64,000 bases of DNA, from positions 1 to 64,000 of the IMG/VR virus record IMGVR_UViG_3300020463_001735; one strand, given 5' to 3'. The notes under the pieces are model-generated. The model was given only the letters and a program-made list of their open reading frames with translations, did no database searches and was not told the DNA's origin. Shown piece by piece: positions 16,857-25,735 of this stretch (within the stretch, counting starts at the first letter, position 1; each line of letters starts with the position of its first letter). Made by a program: the position numbers and the translations under genes. The DNA is from a virus.

Positions 16857-17203
16857 AGATACAACCTAGATGTTTAGCATTTAATACTAGAGACAATAAA
16901 GGAGCCGCATATACTTCAGACGGCTTTATGTTACCATGTTGTTGGATGGATGACCCTCCTGTATATAGATATGTAAAAGCATGTGGATTGAAAGACGAAG
17001 AATTACTTCTGTCAAACAACAAAAATTTAGATGATATATTCACATCAGATCAGTGGGAAAATTTTTTTCAAACACTTTTGAATGATCCAGAAAATGCTTC
17101 ATATATGTGTAAAAAGAAATGTGGCATAGATATTGATAAAGATAAAGTTAGAGAAGAAGAACGTAGAGAAGTAAAGGCACAGGCAAATGGCGCGGATTAC
17201 TGA
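16853..17203 (+). CDS. stand-alone SPASM/Twitch-like Fe-S protein
   Basis: ATGA-coupled; PRC...AYTSDGFMLPCCW...CKKKCG. Confidence 0.6.
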   Translation: MKIQPRCLAFNTRDNKGAAYTSDGFMLPCCWMDDPPVYRYVKACGLKDEELLLSNNKNLDDIFTSDQWENFFQTLLNDPENASYMCKKKCGIDIDKDKVREEERREVKAQANGADY

Positions 17204-17942
17204 CGAATACGTAATAATGCAAAAACGTTGTAGGCCTAATATAGATGCATCGCATCGTTGTATATTTAGATGTCCACAATGTATTAGGCAAAAAACATCT
17301 AGTCAAGAACAGATACGCAGAAGTTTTGATCTTGAAGAGGATCAATTTAAAAAAATATTAGACTACTATGATTTTGGTATAACATTTTGTGGACAAATAT
17401 CAGATCCAATCTATCATCCTAAGTTTTTAGACCTGCTTAAAATGTGTGACGGTCAAGGCAAGGCAGTACGTGTTGCAACAGTAGGTAGCGGAAAAAAAGA
17501 TGCTTGGTGGGATGAAGCATATAGTTATGGCGTTGGAGAAAACGCTTGGTACTTTGGCGTAGACGGCATAGACGAAAAAAGCGAACTATACAGGGTAGGT
17601 TCTAAGTTTCAAGATGTATGGAACAGAATGAAGCAAGGAAGAGATTTAGGTCATACCATTGTTTGGCAATATATTATTTTTGGATACAACGAACATGAAG
17701 TAGATGACGCAATAGAAATAGCAAAACAAGAAAACTTCAGTTTATTGTTAATTAATACTAATAGAGGTTTTAATCCTGACAGTCCTTTGCTAAGAAAAAA
17801 CGTAGATTTTAAATTGACTTCTCCAGATAAAAAACATTTACAAGAAAGAGTCAAAAAAGAATATTGGGGACACAAAACACAAAGTTTGGAAACTTGGCAT
17901 AAGTTGCCAAGAAAACGTGCTGAAAGAATGGGTATTACATGA
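17187..17942 (+). CDS. radical SAM protein
   Basis: CIFRCPQC; GQISDPIYHP; FGVDG; WQYIIFGYNEHEV. Confidence 0.85.
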   Translation: MARITDEYVIMQKRCRPNIDASHRCIFRCPQCIRQKTSSQEQIRRSFDLEEDQFKKILDYYDFGITFCGQISDPIYHPKFLDLLKMCDGQGKAVRVATVGSGKKDAWWDEAYSYGVGENAWYFGVDGIDEKSELYRVGSKFQDVWNRMKQGRDLGHTIVWQYIIFGYNEHEVDDAIEIAKQENFSLLLINTNRGFNPDSPLLRKNVDFKLTSPDKKHLQERVKKEYWGHKTQSLETWHKLPRKRAERMGIT

Positions 17943-18691
17943 ACCAAGATTTAATTGGAAGTGAACATAGAGATACTATTGTAAAATGGGACGGTGGAAA
18001 TGATACACTTAAATTATTTATACGGAACCAAAAAGAACTAGGTGGTCAGTGGTATTACAACAACAAAAAAATTACCTACAAATACAACACAAATGGGTTT
18101 AGAGCACAAGAATTTAATAATATAGATTGGGCTAACAGTGTTTTAGTTTTAGGTTGTTCTAATGTTTTAGGAGTCGCAAATCGTATAGAAGATAGTGTTC
18201 CTAGTGTTTTACAAGACATATTAGGAATCCCATGTATAAACTTAGGTATAAGTGGGTCAGCAGTAGATCATGCCTGTTGGAACAGTCTAATACTGCATGA
18301 GAACTATCCGCACCCAAAAGCAATAGTTCAAGTTTGGTCTAGTACACGTAGATATACAGATTTTTTAGATGTAGGGATGGTTAAAGCTGACTATCCTATT
18401 TTTGGTGTTCCAATGTGTCCAAGCAATGTACAACCTTGGAAGTCACATTACTGCGTAAAACATTCGTGGGAATTGCGTTCTAAATTTTATGTGGCCGCAG
18501 ATAGAGCTTTATGGAAAGACAAAACTATTTACTTTGAGGCAACCTTTTTTGAACACAGTGCAAAGCAATTAGAAATCCCTTGGGTAAATGAATGCGATAA
18601 GGGCAGAGATTTTGATCACCCTGGATACGGTTCTTGCAAAGCGATGGCAGAATTAATTGGTAAAAATTTAAAAGAAAGAGGTATAAAATGA
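17939..18691 (+). CDS. SGNH/GDSL-like protein
   Basis: LGCSNVLG, NLGISGS, DFDHPG. Confidence 0.6.
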   Translation: MNQDLIGSEHRDTIVKWDGGNDTLKLFIRNQKELGGQWYYNNKKITYKYNTNGFRAQEFNNIDWANSVLVLGCSNVLGVANRIEDSVPSVLQDILGIPCINLGISGSAVDHACWNSLILHENYPHPKAIVQVWSSTRRYTDFLDVGMVKADYPIFGVPMCPSNVQPWKSHYCVKHSWELRSKFYVAADRALWKDKTIYFEATFFEHSAKQLEIPWVNECDKGRDFDHPGYGSCKAMAELIGKNLKERGIK

Positions 18692-19002
18692 TTTTTTGGT
18701 TAGGATATACAATAATGTTTTTTAATGAGGGCTTTGTAATAATGCGTCATATAAGTCCTTGGTTTGCAAATAAACGTAAAAAACTACACGAAAAATTTGG
18801 CAGAGAAAAAGTAAAACGTATACATGGATTTACTGATTGGACTTGGATAATACTAATTGCGATAGGCACATACTTAGAATATGAAAACTGGAAACTATAT
18901 GCAAGTGTTGTTCTCGGCTTTTGGTTGATCGTTGCAGTTGGAGTATATCTACCTATGTTAATAAGAAAATTAATGAAGAAAGAAACAGGATACGTAAAAT
19001 GA
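18688..19002 (+). CDS. small membrane protein
   Basis: 104 aa with about three hydrophobic segments; ATGA-coupled at both ends. Confidence 0.7.
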   Translation: MIFWLGYTIMFFNEGFVIMRHISPWFANKRKKLHEKFGREKVKRIHGFTDWTWIILIAIGTYLEYENWKLYASVVLGFWLIVAVGVYLPMLIRKLMKKETGYVK

Positions 19003-20072
19003 TATCATATGATGGTTGGGATAGAGAATATAAACAACATAAGTCTGCATACTTAGATATTTTTGATTCATTTATGTCTCAAGCAAACTACGAGAATAAT
19101 GAGGAATTTGAAGAATATTTTGCAAACTTTATAGGCAGAAAACATGTTGTCAGTGTAGCAAGTGCAACAGATGCTTTGCATTTTACACTTCAAGCATACG
19201 GAATTTCTGCTAATAATGAAGTTCTTGTTACAGATTTTAGTTGGATAAGCAGTAGTGCTTGTGTCAACATGGTAGGTGCAATACCTATATTTTGTGATAT
19301 TGACATTAACACATATCATATAGATATAGAAAGTGTTAGACGTATGATCACACCAAATACAAAAGCAATAGTGTATCCACACTTGTTTGGTAGCATGTCA
19401 GACACATCTGAATTAGAAAAATTTTGTAAAGAGAAAAAAATAATTTTCATTGAAGATTCAGCACAAAGTTTAGGAAGCAGTCTTAATGGACAAAAAGCAG
19501 GCACTATCGGAGATACTAGTGTTTTTAGTTTTAACAGTAACAAAGTCATTGCCGGTGTAAATGGTGGTGGTGTTGTAATGACAGACGATGAAGAACTTGC
19601 CAAGCGTATAAAAATGATTAGGCGACATGGAAAAAATAAAGATTTTAGTATGCTAGGGTATAATAGTCGTATGTATGTACTTAATGCAATGATTATAAAA
19701 CAAAGACTAAAATTTTACAAAGAAAATCAACTGGTGAGACAAAATATAGCAAATATCTACAACGAAGCTTTTGCAGATTTGCCATTGAAAATACAAGAAA
19801 ATGGCAACGGACTTAATCATAATTATCACAAATATGTAATAAGGACAGAAAATAAAGATACTAGAAAAATGTTAAAGAACGCTTTAAAAGCAAGTATTCA
19901 TTATGAAACACCTTTGTCTAAAAATAGTATGTACAATACTATGAATATGCGAAAAGATGATTGTGTAAGTTCCAAGATTGCTTCTGAAACAGTTCTGTCA
20001 CTTCCTGTACATGCATGGCTAGAAGAACACGAAGTTAATTATGTAATAGACACTGTAAAAAATGCTTTATAA
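18999..20072 (+). CDS. DegT/DnrJ/EryC1/StrS PLP-dependent sugar aminotransferase
   Basis: ASATDAL, PIFCDID, HLFG, IEDSAQSLG, SFNSNK (PLP lysine), GYNSR, LSLPVH; start at ATG 18999. Confidence 0.9.
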   Translation: MISYDGWDREYKQHKSAYLDIFDSFMSQANYENNEEFEEYFANFIGRKHVVSVASATDALHFTLQAYGISANNEVLVTDFSWISSSACVNMVGAIPIFCDIDINTYHIDIESVRRMITPNTKAIVYPHLFGSMSDTSELEKFCKEKKIIFIEDSAQSLGSSLNGQKAGTIGDTSVFSFNSNKVIAGVNGGGVVMTDDEELAKRIKMIRRHGKNKDFSMLGYNSRMYVLNAMIIKQRLKFYKENQLVRQNIANIYNEAFADLPLKIQENGNGLNHNYHKYVIRTENKDTRKMLKNALKASIHYETPLSKNSMYNTMNMRKDDCVSSKIASETVLSLPVHAWLEEHEVNYVIDTVKNAL

Positions 20073-20715
20073 AAATAAATTCGGCGAAGTAAAAATACTT
20101 GAGCCTATCGAATTGTATGATGGAAAATCTATCGGCATATCTATGTCAGGTGGGGCAGACAGCACAATGTTGTGTTACTTATTAGCAAATACAATTACCT
20201 ATCAAAAACTTAATATAGAAATACAACCTTACAATGGATATGATATTTCTGTACCTACTGATTCGGCTGGTCTTCCTATTATAATAAAATATATTCAAAA
20301 AAAGTTTCCTGATGTAAAATTACATTGGCCTATTGCTTGTGTATTTGACACTAATGGAGATGATATAAAAAATACATATATAAGACCTTTAATAGAAAGA
20401 CTATACGATAAAGGTGTAGTAGATGAAGTAATACAGGCAGTATGTCTTGGACCTCCTAAAGATGTACAAGAAAGTTTTATTGGAAATGATTATTTTAGAA
20501 GACCCGGGTATCAATTATGGGAAGAAGTAGCCCAAGCTAAGAATCATGCCCCGTTTGTAAACGTAGATAAAAGATTTATTATGCAGTGTTATAAAAGTTT
20601 TGATATTGAGGAATTAAGAGAACTAACAAATAGTTGCACAGTACCGATTGGAAATTGCGGAGAGTGTTGGTGGTGTCAGGAACGAACTTGGGCTATAAAC
20701 GAGGTAAATAAATAA
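20062..20715 (+). CDS. QueC-like PP-loop ATP pyrophosphatase
   Basis: SMSGGADS PP-loop; SC-x6-CGECWWCQER zinc motif. Confidence 0.7.
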   Translation: MLYKNKFGEVKILEPIELYDGKSIGISMSGGADSTMLCYLLANTITYQKLNIEIQPYNGYDISVPTDSAGLPIIIKYIQKKFPDVKLHWPIACVFDTNGDDIKNTYIRPLIERLYDKGVVDEVIQAVCLGPPKDVQESFIGNDYFRRPGYQLWEEVAQAKNHAPFVNVDKRFIMQCYKSFDIEELRELTNSCTVPIGNCGECWWCQERTWAINEVNK

Positions 20716-20722
20716 TTTCATA

Positions 20723-22075
20723 ATGTCAGATCAAATTGCCAAACACATTACAAAAGGTGGTCCAGGAGATAGATATCTTGGAGGCGGAAAAGTAGACACA
20801 AGTTCATGGTTTAATGAATTTCCTTTACTAGAAGATCAAATTAGAAATCAAGATATCTGGTTTTGTAGTGCTCCTTTTCAGTTGCTTTACACAAGCACAA
20901 GAGGAGAACTATTGCCCTGCTCTTGGGCTAAAGAAGGTCTTGGACCTAATATTAAGAATGTTAAATTAGCAGACTATTTTGTTCATGATAAAGCACTGAA
21001 TAAAATGCGTAAAGAAATGACCACTCCAGGAAGCAATTTAGAAACTTGTAAAATAATGTGTAAAAATTGTTTATATCAAGAAGAAAAATATGGTAGATCG
21101 AGAAGACAAGCAAGTTTAAAAATACAAACCAACGATGTAGGTATTTGGCCCGGTATTAGTAGAGCTGTGCAAACTTTTAAAGATACAGGAAAAGGTAGAA
21201 TTACTGAACAAATATTTGAAGTACAGGTGAAAGCATTTGGCAATCAATGTAACCTTGACTGCTATATGTGTATCCCGTATGATTCAAGCACAAGATTAAA
21301 GACCATACATTCAACTGAACTTGAAGAGGAAAATATCTTTTCACAATATGCAAAAACACCAATTGAATCATTTAGAGATGAAAGATTAGAAAATGTTATA
21401 GATCAAATTGTTGATGTAGCTCCGTATATAAAAAACTTAAAGTTCATCGGTGGCGAACCTTTGGTAATGAAACAGTTTTATGATCTCTTAGAGAAAATTG
21501 TAGCCACAGGGTATGCTAAAAACATGCTTGTCAAATATCAAACAAACATGACCGTACTTCAATTAGAAAAAATAAAACTTACAAAATTTATTCCAGAATT
21601 TGAACTTTTTGAATTTACAGTATCTGTAGATGGTGTAGGCAAATGGAACGACTACATTAGGCGTAGATCATCATGGGACAACATAACAGGAAACATAGAT
21701 ACTGTACTAAAATATCCTAATGTAAAAGTAAATATTAACGGAACTATAAGTTTCTTAAGTGTGTTAAAGTTTTATAAACTAATAGAATGGTTTGAACAAA
21801 ATGATCATAGACTAGAACAAGTAAATTGGTCAAACATAAGAGGACCAGCTAAATTGTGTGCAAATGTGTTACCTGAAAAAATTAAACAAAAATTAATTCC
21901 AATGTATACAAATTTTCCTGATATTGTTAATGTATTGAAACAAGATAACGGTGGATTAGATTTTCAAGACACGCTTAAATACTTGCTAATGATTGATAAT
22001 CATTACAGAGGAACAAAATGGGGGATGGAACTGTTTGACGTGTTTCCAGAACTAGAGGAGTTTTACAATGAGTAA
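20723..22075 (+). CDS. radical SAM protein with N-terminal Twitch-like domain
   Basis: FCSAPF..PCSW..CKIMCKNC; CNLDCYMC; GGEPL; YQTN; SVDG. Confidence 0.9.
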   Translation: MSDQIAKHITKGGPGDRYLGGGKVDTSSWFNEFPLLEDQIRNQDIWFCSAPFQLLYTSTRGELLPCSWAKEGLGPNIKNVKLADYFVHDKALNKMRKEMTTPGSNLETCKIMCKNCLYQEEKYGRSRRQASLKIQTNDVGIWPGISRAVQTFKDTGKGRITEQIFEVQVKAFGNQCNLDCYMCIPYDSSTRLKTIHSTELEEENIFSQYAKTPIESFRDERLENVIDQIVDVAPYIKNLKFIGGEPLVMKQFYDLLEKIVATGYAKNMLVKYQTNMTVLQLEKIKLTKFIPEFELFEFTVSVDGVGKWNDYIRRRSSWDNITGNIDTVLKYPNVKVNINGTISFLSVLKFYKLIEWFEQNDHRLEQVNWSNIRGPAKLCANVLPEKIKQKLIPMYTNFPDIVNVLKQDNGGLDFQDTLKYLLMIDNHYRGTKWGMELFDVFPELEEFYNE

Positions 22076-22766
22076 AATGGAGAAAAAACTTTTAAAGCTA
22101 TTAGATAGTAGAAAGCATGTGTGGGAGTTTGATACTGAAAATATTCCAGAACAAAGCCTAGTGAAGGAATGCTTAACCAATGCATGGAAAGTTACACCGT
22201 CAAAAAATAATTTTATGCCTTATCATGTAAATGTAATAGGACCAAAGGATCAAGTTTTAAAAGATAAAATACATGCTTTGTCGAGACTTAATAAGAAAAG
22301 AACTAACGAAAGAGCAAATGTGAATAACATAGAAAATTTTGAAGAAGACGGTTCTAACCCTAATTTTTCATTCTACAATACAGCTCCTTATGTTTTAGTT
22401 TTTAGTCAAAGAGTAGCAGAGCCAAATCCATACATTGCTAATGCTATAATTGAACAAAATGATATCTATGAACAGATGCACGAACATCTGTTCGATGACA
22501 TTCTAAGCACTACCTGTATAGAAATTGGTATGTTTATGCAGAATGCTACTGCATTCTTGTTGGAAAAAGGAATAGATACTACCTACATAAAATGTTATCC
22601 CTATGAATATTCGCTTTGGAAGCCTGATTTTCCTTTATTAGCAGGGCCTGTTATGCTTATTGCAGGATTAGGATATAGCAAACTTTCTAGAAGAGATGCG
22701 ATGACCAACGAACAAAAAAAGCAAGATTATAAACCAGAACCTGAAGAAATTGTGAGGTGGTTTTGA
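22068..22766 (+). CDS. nitroreductase-family flavoprotein
   Basis: SRKHVWEF, TPSKNNFMPY, APYVLVF, EIGMF, GLGY. Confidence 0.7.
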   Translation: MSKMEKKLLKLLDSRKHVWEFDTENIPEQSLVKECLTNAWKVTPSKNNFMPYHVNVIGPKDQVLKDKIHALSRLNKKRTNERANVNNIENFEEDGSNPNFSFYNTAPYVLVFSQRVAEPNPYIANAIIEQNDIYEQMHEHLFDDILSTTCIEIGMFMQNATAFLLEKGIDTTYIKCYPYEYSLWKPDFPLLAGPVMLIAGLGYSKLSRRDAMTNEQKKQDYKPEPEEIVRWF

Positions 22767-23332
22767 AAAATCTAAGACACTTGATATTGTTAATAGATTT
22801 CACGGGACATCCGCCTTTGGGGGATGAACATACAAACAATTTAAGATACAGTGCATTAAACACACTAGCATTTGGACTACCAGAAGATTTGACAGAAGAC
22901 TATGTGATTATATCTGATCATTTCGATCACCGTGCATCTCATGAAAAAATTTCTGAAGTCAAAAAAATGGTTACAATAGAAAAAAGACATACTTGGATAA
23001 ACATTAATCCAGATGAACCTATTACTCCGCCAGAAATTGTAGATATGTTAAAAGAAAAATCAATTTATATTAACAATGTGATTATTGGGGGAACAAACAC
23101 AGCAGGATGTGTGCTACGCAGTAGGCCTTACTCGGCCATACACTGGGCAAAATGTGGATATGATGTAAAAATATTTCTGCAGATGTGTGCAGAATATCAA
23201 ATGCCAGGACACAATCAAGCTGAAAGAAATATGTATGCGTTTACAGAAATGTGGAATGAAATTAAAACACAAGGATTAACACACAAAATAGATCCGGTGA
23301 CTAACATAAAAGAATTATTTAAGGAGAAATAA
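22757..23332 (+). CDS. isochorismatase/cysteine-hydrolase-like protein
   Basis: LLIDF and IIGGTNTAGCV motifs; start may be TTG 22763. Confidence 0.5.
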   Translation: MVLKNLRHLILLIDFTGHPPLGDEHTNNLRYSALNTLAFGLPEDLTEDYVIISDHFDHRASHEKISEVKKMVTIEKRHTWININPDEPITPPEIVDMLKEKSIYINNVIIGGTNTAGCVLRSRPYSAIHWAKCGYDVKIFLQMCAEYQMPGHNQAERNMYAFTEMWNEIKTQGLTHKIDPVTNIKELFKEK

Positions 23333-24172
23333 ATGAAGATCACACACGGTAATCAAACTATAGACCTTTTTCCAGGAGAACTACCTAAAGTTTGTCCTAT
23401 ATCTTTGTCAGGAGGACTTGATAGTGCTAGTTTAATGTTTTTAGTTTCTAAACATTTTCCGCAAGTACAAATTATTCCTTACACAGTTAGAGACTTAAAT
23501 GCACCTTTAGACGCAGATGCGGCGGCTGATATTATAAAATGGTTTCAAAAAGAATTTCCAAACAACAATATACCTGATATTGAAATTTATGAATTTAACG
23601 ATCGCACAGAGGACTTTGTTACCTGGGCCGAATGTGACGAAGCAATGGAAAAACATCCGCAACTTGCAGGTATGCGTAGGATACAAGTATCAAAAATAAT
23701 ACAACTTGATCGAATATCTTGGAATTTAATGAAACGTTTTCCAGGCGGAATCAGACTAGATGGTATGACACGTAATCCGCCAACTGAAGATATGGTTATA
23801 GGCGGATTTTATGATATTGCTGAACGTCGTAGAGATAAAGAGTTAGATGAAGTTGAAACTTATAGGCCAAACGAAAACAATCCTCCATTAGGTATATACC
23901 AGGCATATGCAAATGTAGATAAAAAATTTGTAGCAGGCGTGTATTTTGATTATGGGTTAATGGACAGTTTGTTTCCTATGACTAGATCATGTGTTGGTAC
24001 TAGAACACAAACTGAAAACTTTACTCAAGAGTGTAGTAAATGTTTTTGGTGTCATGAAAAGGCATGGGCATTTGGATGGGATGTAAAGAATTTGCCTATT
24101 ATTTGGAATCCTGATACACCTACCTATCTAACAAAAGGTGGTCCAGGTGATAAAAAATTAGAGTATGCATGA
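23333..24172 (+). CDS. QueC-like PP-loop ATP pyrophosphatase
   Basis: SLSGGLDSA; TRSC-x13-CSKCFWCHEK. Confidence 0.7.
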   Translation: MKITHGNQTIDLFPGELPKVCPISLSGGLDSASLMFLVSKHFPQVQIIPYTVRDLNAPLDADAAADIIKWFQKEFPNNNIPDIEIYEFNDRTEDFVTWAECDEAMEKHPQLAGMRRIQVSKIIQLDRISWNLMKRFPGGIRLDGMTRNPPTEDMVIGGFYDIAERRRDKELDEVETYRPNENNPPLGIYQAYANVDKKFVAGVYFDYGLMDSLFPMTRSCVGTRTQTENFTQECSKCFWCHEKAWAFGWDVKNLPIIWNPDTPTYLTKGGPGDKKLEYA

Positions 24173-24884
24173 TAAAATTAAAGAAGCCGTAAGAGTTACG
24201 CAAAGAGCACAGCGTAACTATGACCTAACAAAAAGTATTCCAGCACAAGATCTTGATACTATAATTTTTGCCGCGGCTAATAGTCCTAGTAAGCAAAACG
24301 AAACCCACTATAGATTGCATGTGTATACAGATCCATCAATGATAAAAAAAATACATGAATGTACAAAAAAATTTACACTAGGTATACATCAAGCTCTTGA
24401 AGAAGGAAAAGGCGAAAACTGGTTATATGAAAATAGATCAGTAACAAATTCACAAATTTATGCAAATGCACTTTTTATCTACGAAGAAATAAAAGGTAAA
24501 CCAAGGGGTGCTACCCATTTAAGAGCTGAAAGTGGTGATGACAAAAGCCGGGAATACTATGCAGAACAGAGATATTACAGTATTGGAACAAGTATAGGTA
24601 ACCTTACATTGACAGCAGGTTTGTTAGGATACAAAACAGGAATATGTTCTGCTATGGATGATGATACAATAAGAGACTTGACAAACATACAAAATGATGT
24701 TAAAGTACTAGTAGGAGTTGGATATGCTAATGAAGGTGTTGATAGAAGATTACATCCAGAAGTATTAAATAAGCATGTACCACAAGACAGCAGAACTGGA
24801 GGACTAAAAGAAAACTGGCGTTTTCCTAGTTTTGATAGACAATTAGAAGTGGTACTTAACAATGAGGAATACCAAGGTATATGA
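24165..24884 (+). CDS. nitroreductase-family flavoprotein
   Basis: RAQRNYD, SPSKQN, SIGTSIG..LLGYKTGIC, VGVGY. Confidence 0.75.
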   Translation: MHDKIKEAVRVTQRAQRNYDLTKSIPAQDLDTIIFAAANSPSKQNETHYRLHVYTDPSMIKKIHECTKKFTLGIHQALEEGKGENWLYENRSVTNSQIYANALFIYEEIKGKPRGATHLRAESGDDKSREYYAEQRYYSIGTSIGNLTLTAGLLGYKTGICSAMDDDTIRDLTNIQNDVKVLVGVGYANEGVDRRLHPEVLNKHVPQDSRTGGLKENWRFPSFDRQLEVVLNNEEYQGI

Positions 24885-25735
24885 CGCCTACACTAAAAGA
24901 ACTTAAAGGATCACCATATCGCACAGTAGATTTCTATCTTTCTAAGTCATGCAACAAAAGTTGCCACTATTGTACTGCATGGACTTTACAGATGCGTAAT
25001 TTAAATGTGGATATGGATTTAGTGCGTACAATATTAAAAGGACTAGCACCTTACAAAACAAGAATATGTTTACTAGGTGGAGAGCCTGGCCTTGCAAAAA
25101 ATTTAGATGAAGTAATTGCAGAAATAAAAAAACATGAAAACTTGATTCCGCAAGTATTAAGCAACAGTTTAGTAAGAAAATTTTATCCTCACATACTAGA
25201 GGATAGAGATATAATATATATTGAACATTTGGTTTTAGATTTTTATCAGGATAAAATAGAAAAATTAGGCAATTATCCTTTTTTGCCAAAAAATGATTTA
25301 AACAATTATAATCTTATAATTGAAACTCCTGGATATTTTAAATACAGGGATAATTTTGATCTAACAGAAATAGATCATGAAAATACAGAATTTAAAGAAT
25401 ACAATTCAAGATCACCAGATTTTTTTACAGATCATGAACTTGTACAAGCTCCAGAATTAGAAAGACGTGTGTGTGCAAAGTTTCCTCAAGTACCTGTATT
25501 TGATTTTGAAATACGTAAGATTAGACATTGTAGTAGAAAAGCAATCAACGGTAGCAGTGAATTTGACATCACAGTAGAAAATATTACAAAGATGATGAAC
25601 TATGAATTATTTAATTTTGAGAAATATTGTACAACATGTATGGATATTATTCCTAAACGTCCTAAAATGCGTAGAGACGAGATTACAGCACTTATTTCTA
25701 ACGAAGTTAACTTACTAGATTTAATGGATGCATAA
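24881..25735 (+). CDS. radical SAM protein
   Basis: CNKSCHYC, LLGGEPG; C-terminal C..HC..YCTTC auxiliary cysteines. Confidence 0.85.
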   Translation: MTPTLKELKGSPYRTVDFYLSKSCNKSCHYCTAWTLQMRNLNVDMDLVRTILKGLAPYKTRICLLGGEPGLAKNLDEVIAEIKKHENLIPQVLSNSLVRKFYPHILEDRDIIYIEHLVLDFYQDKIEKLGNYPFLPKNDLNNYNLIIETPGYFKYRDNFDLTEIDHENTEFKEYNSRSPDFFTDHELVQAPELERRVCAKFPQVPVFDFEIRKIRHCSRKAINGSSEFDITVENITKMMNYELFNFEKYCTTCMDIIPKRPKMRRDEITALISNEVNLLDLMDA

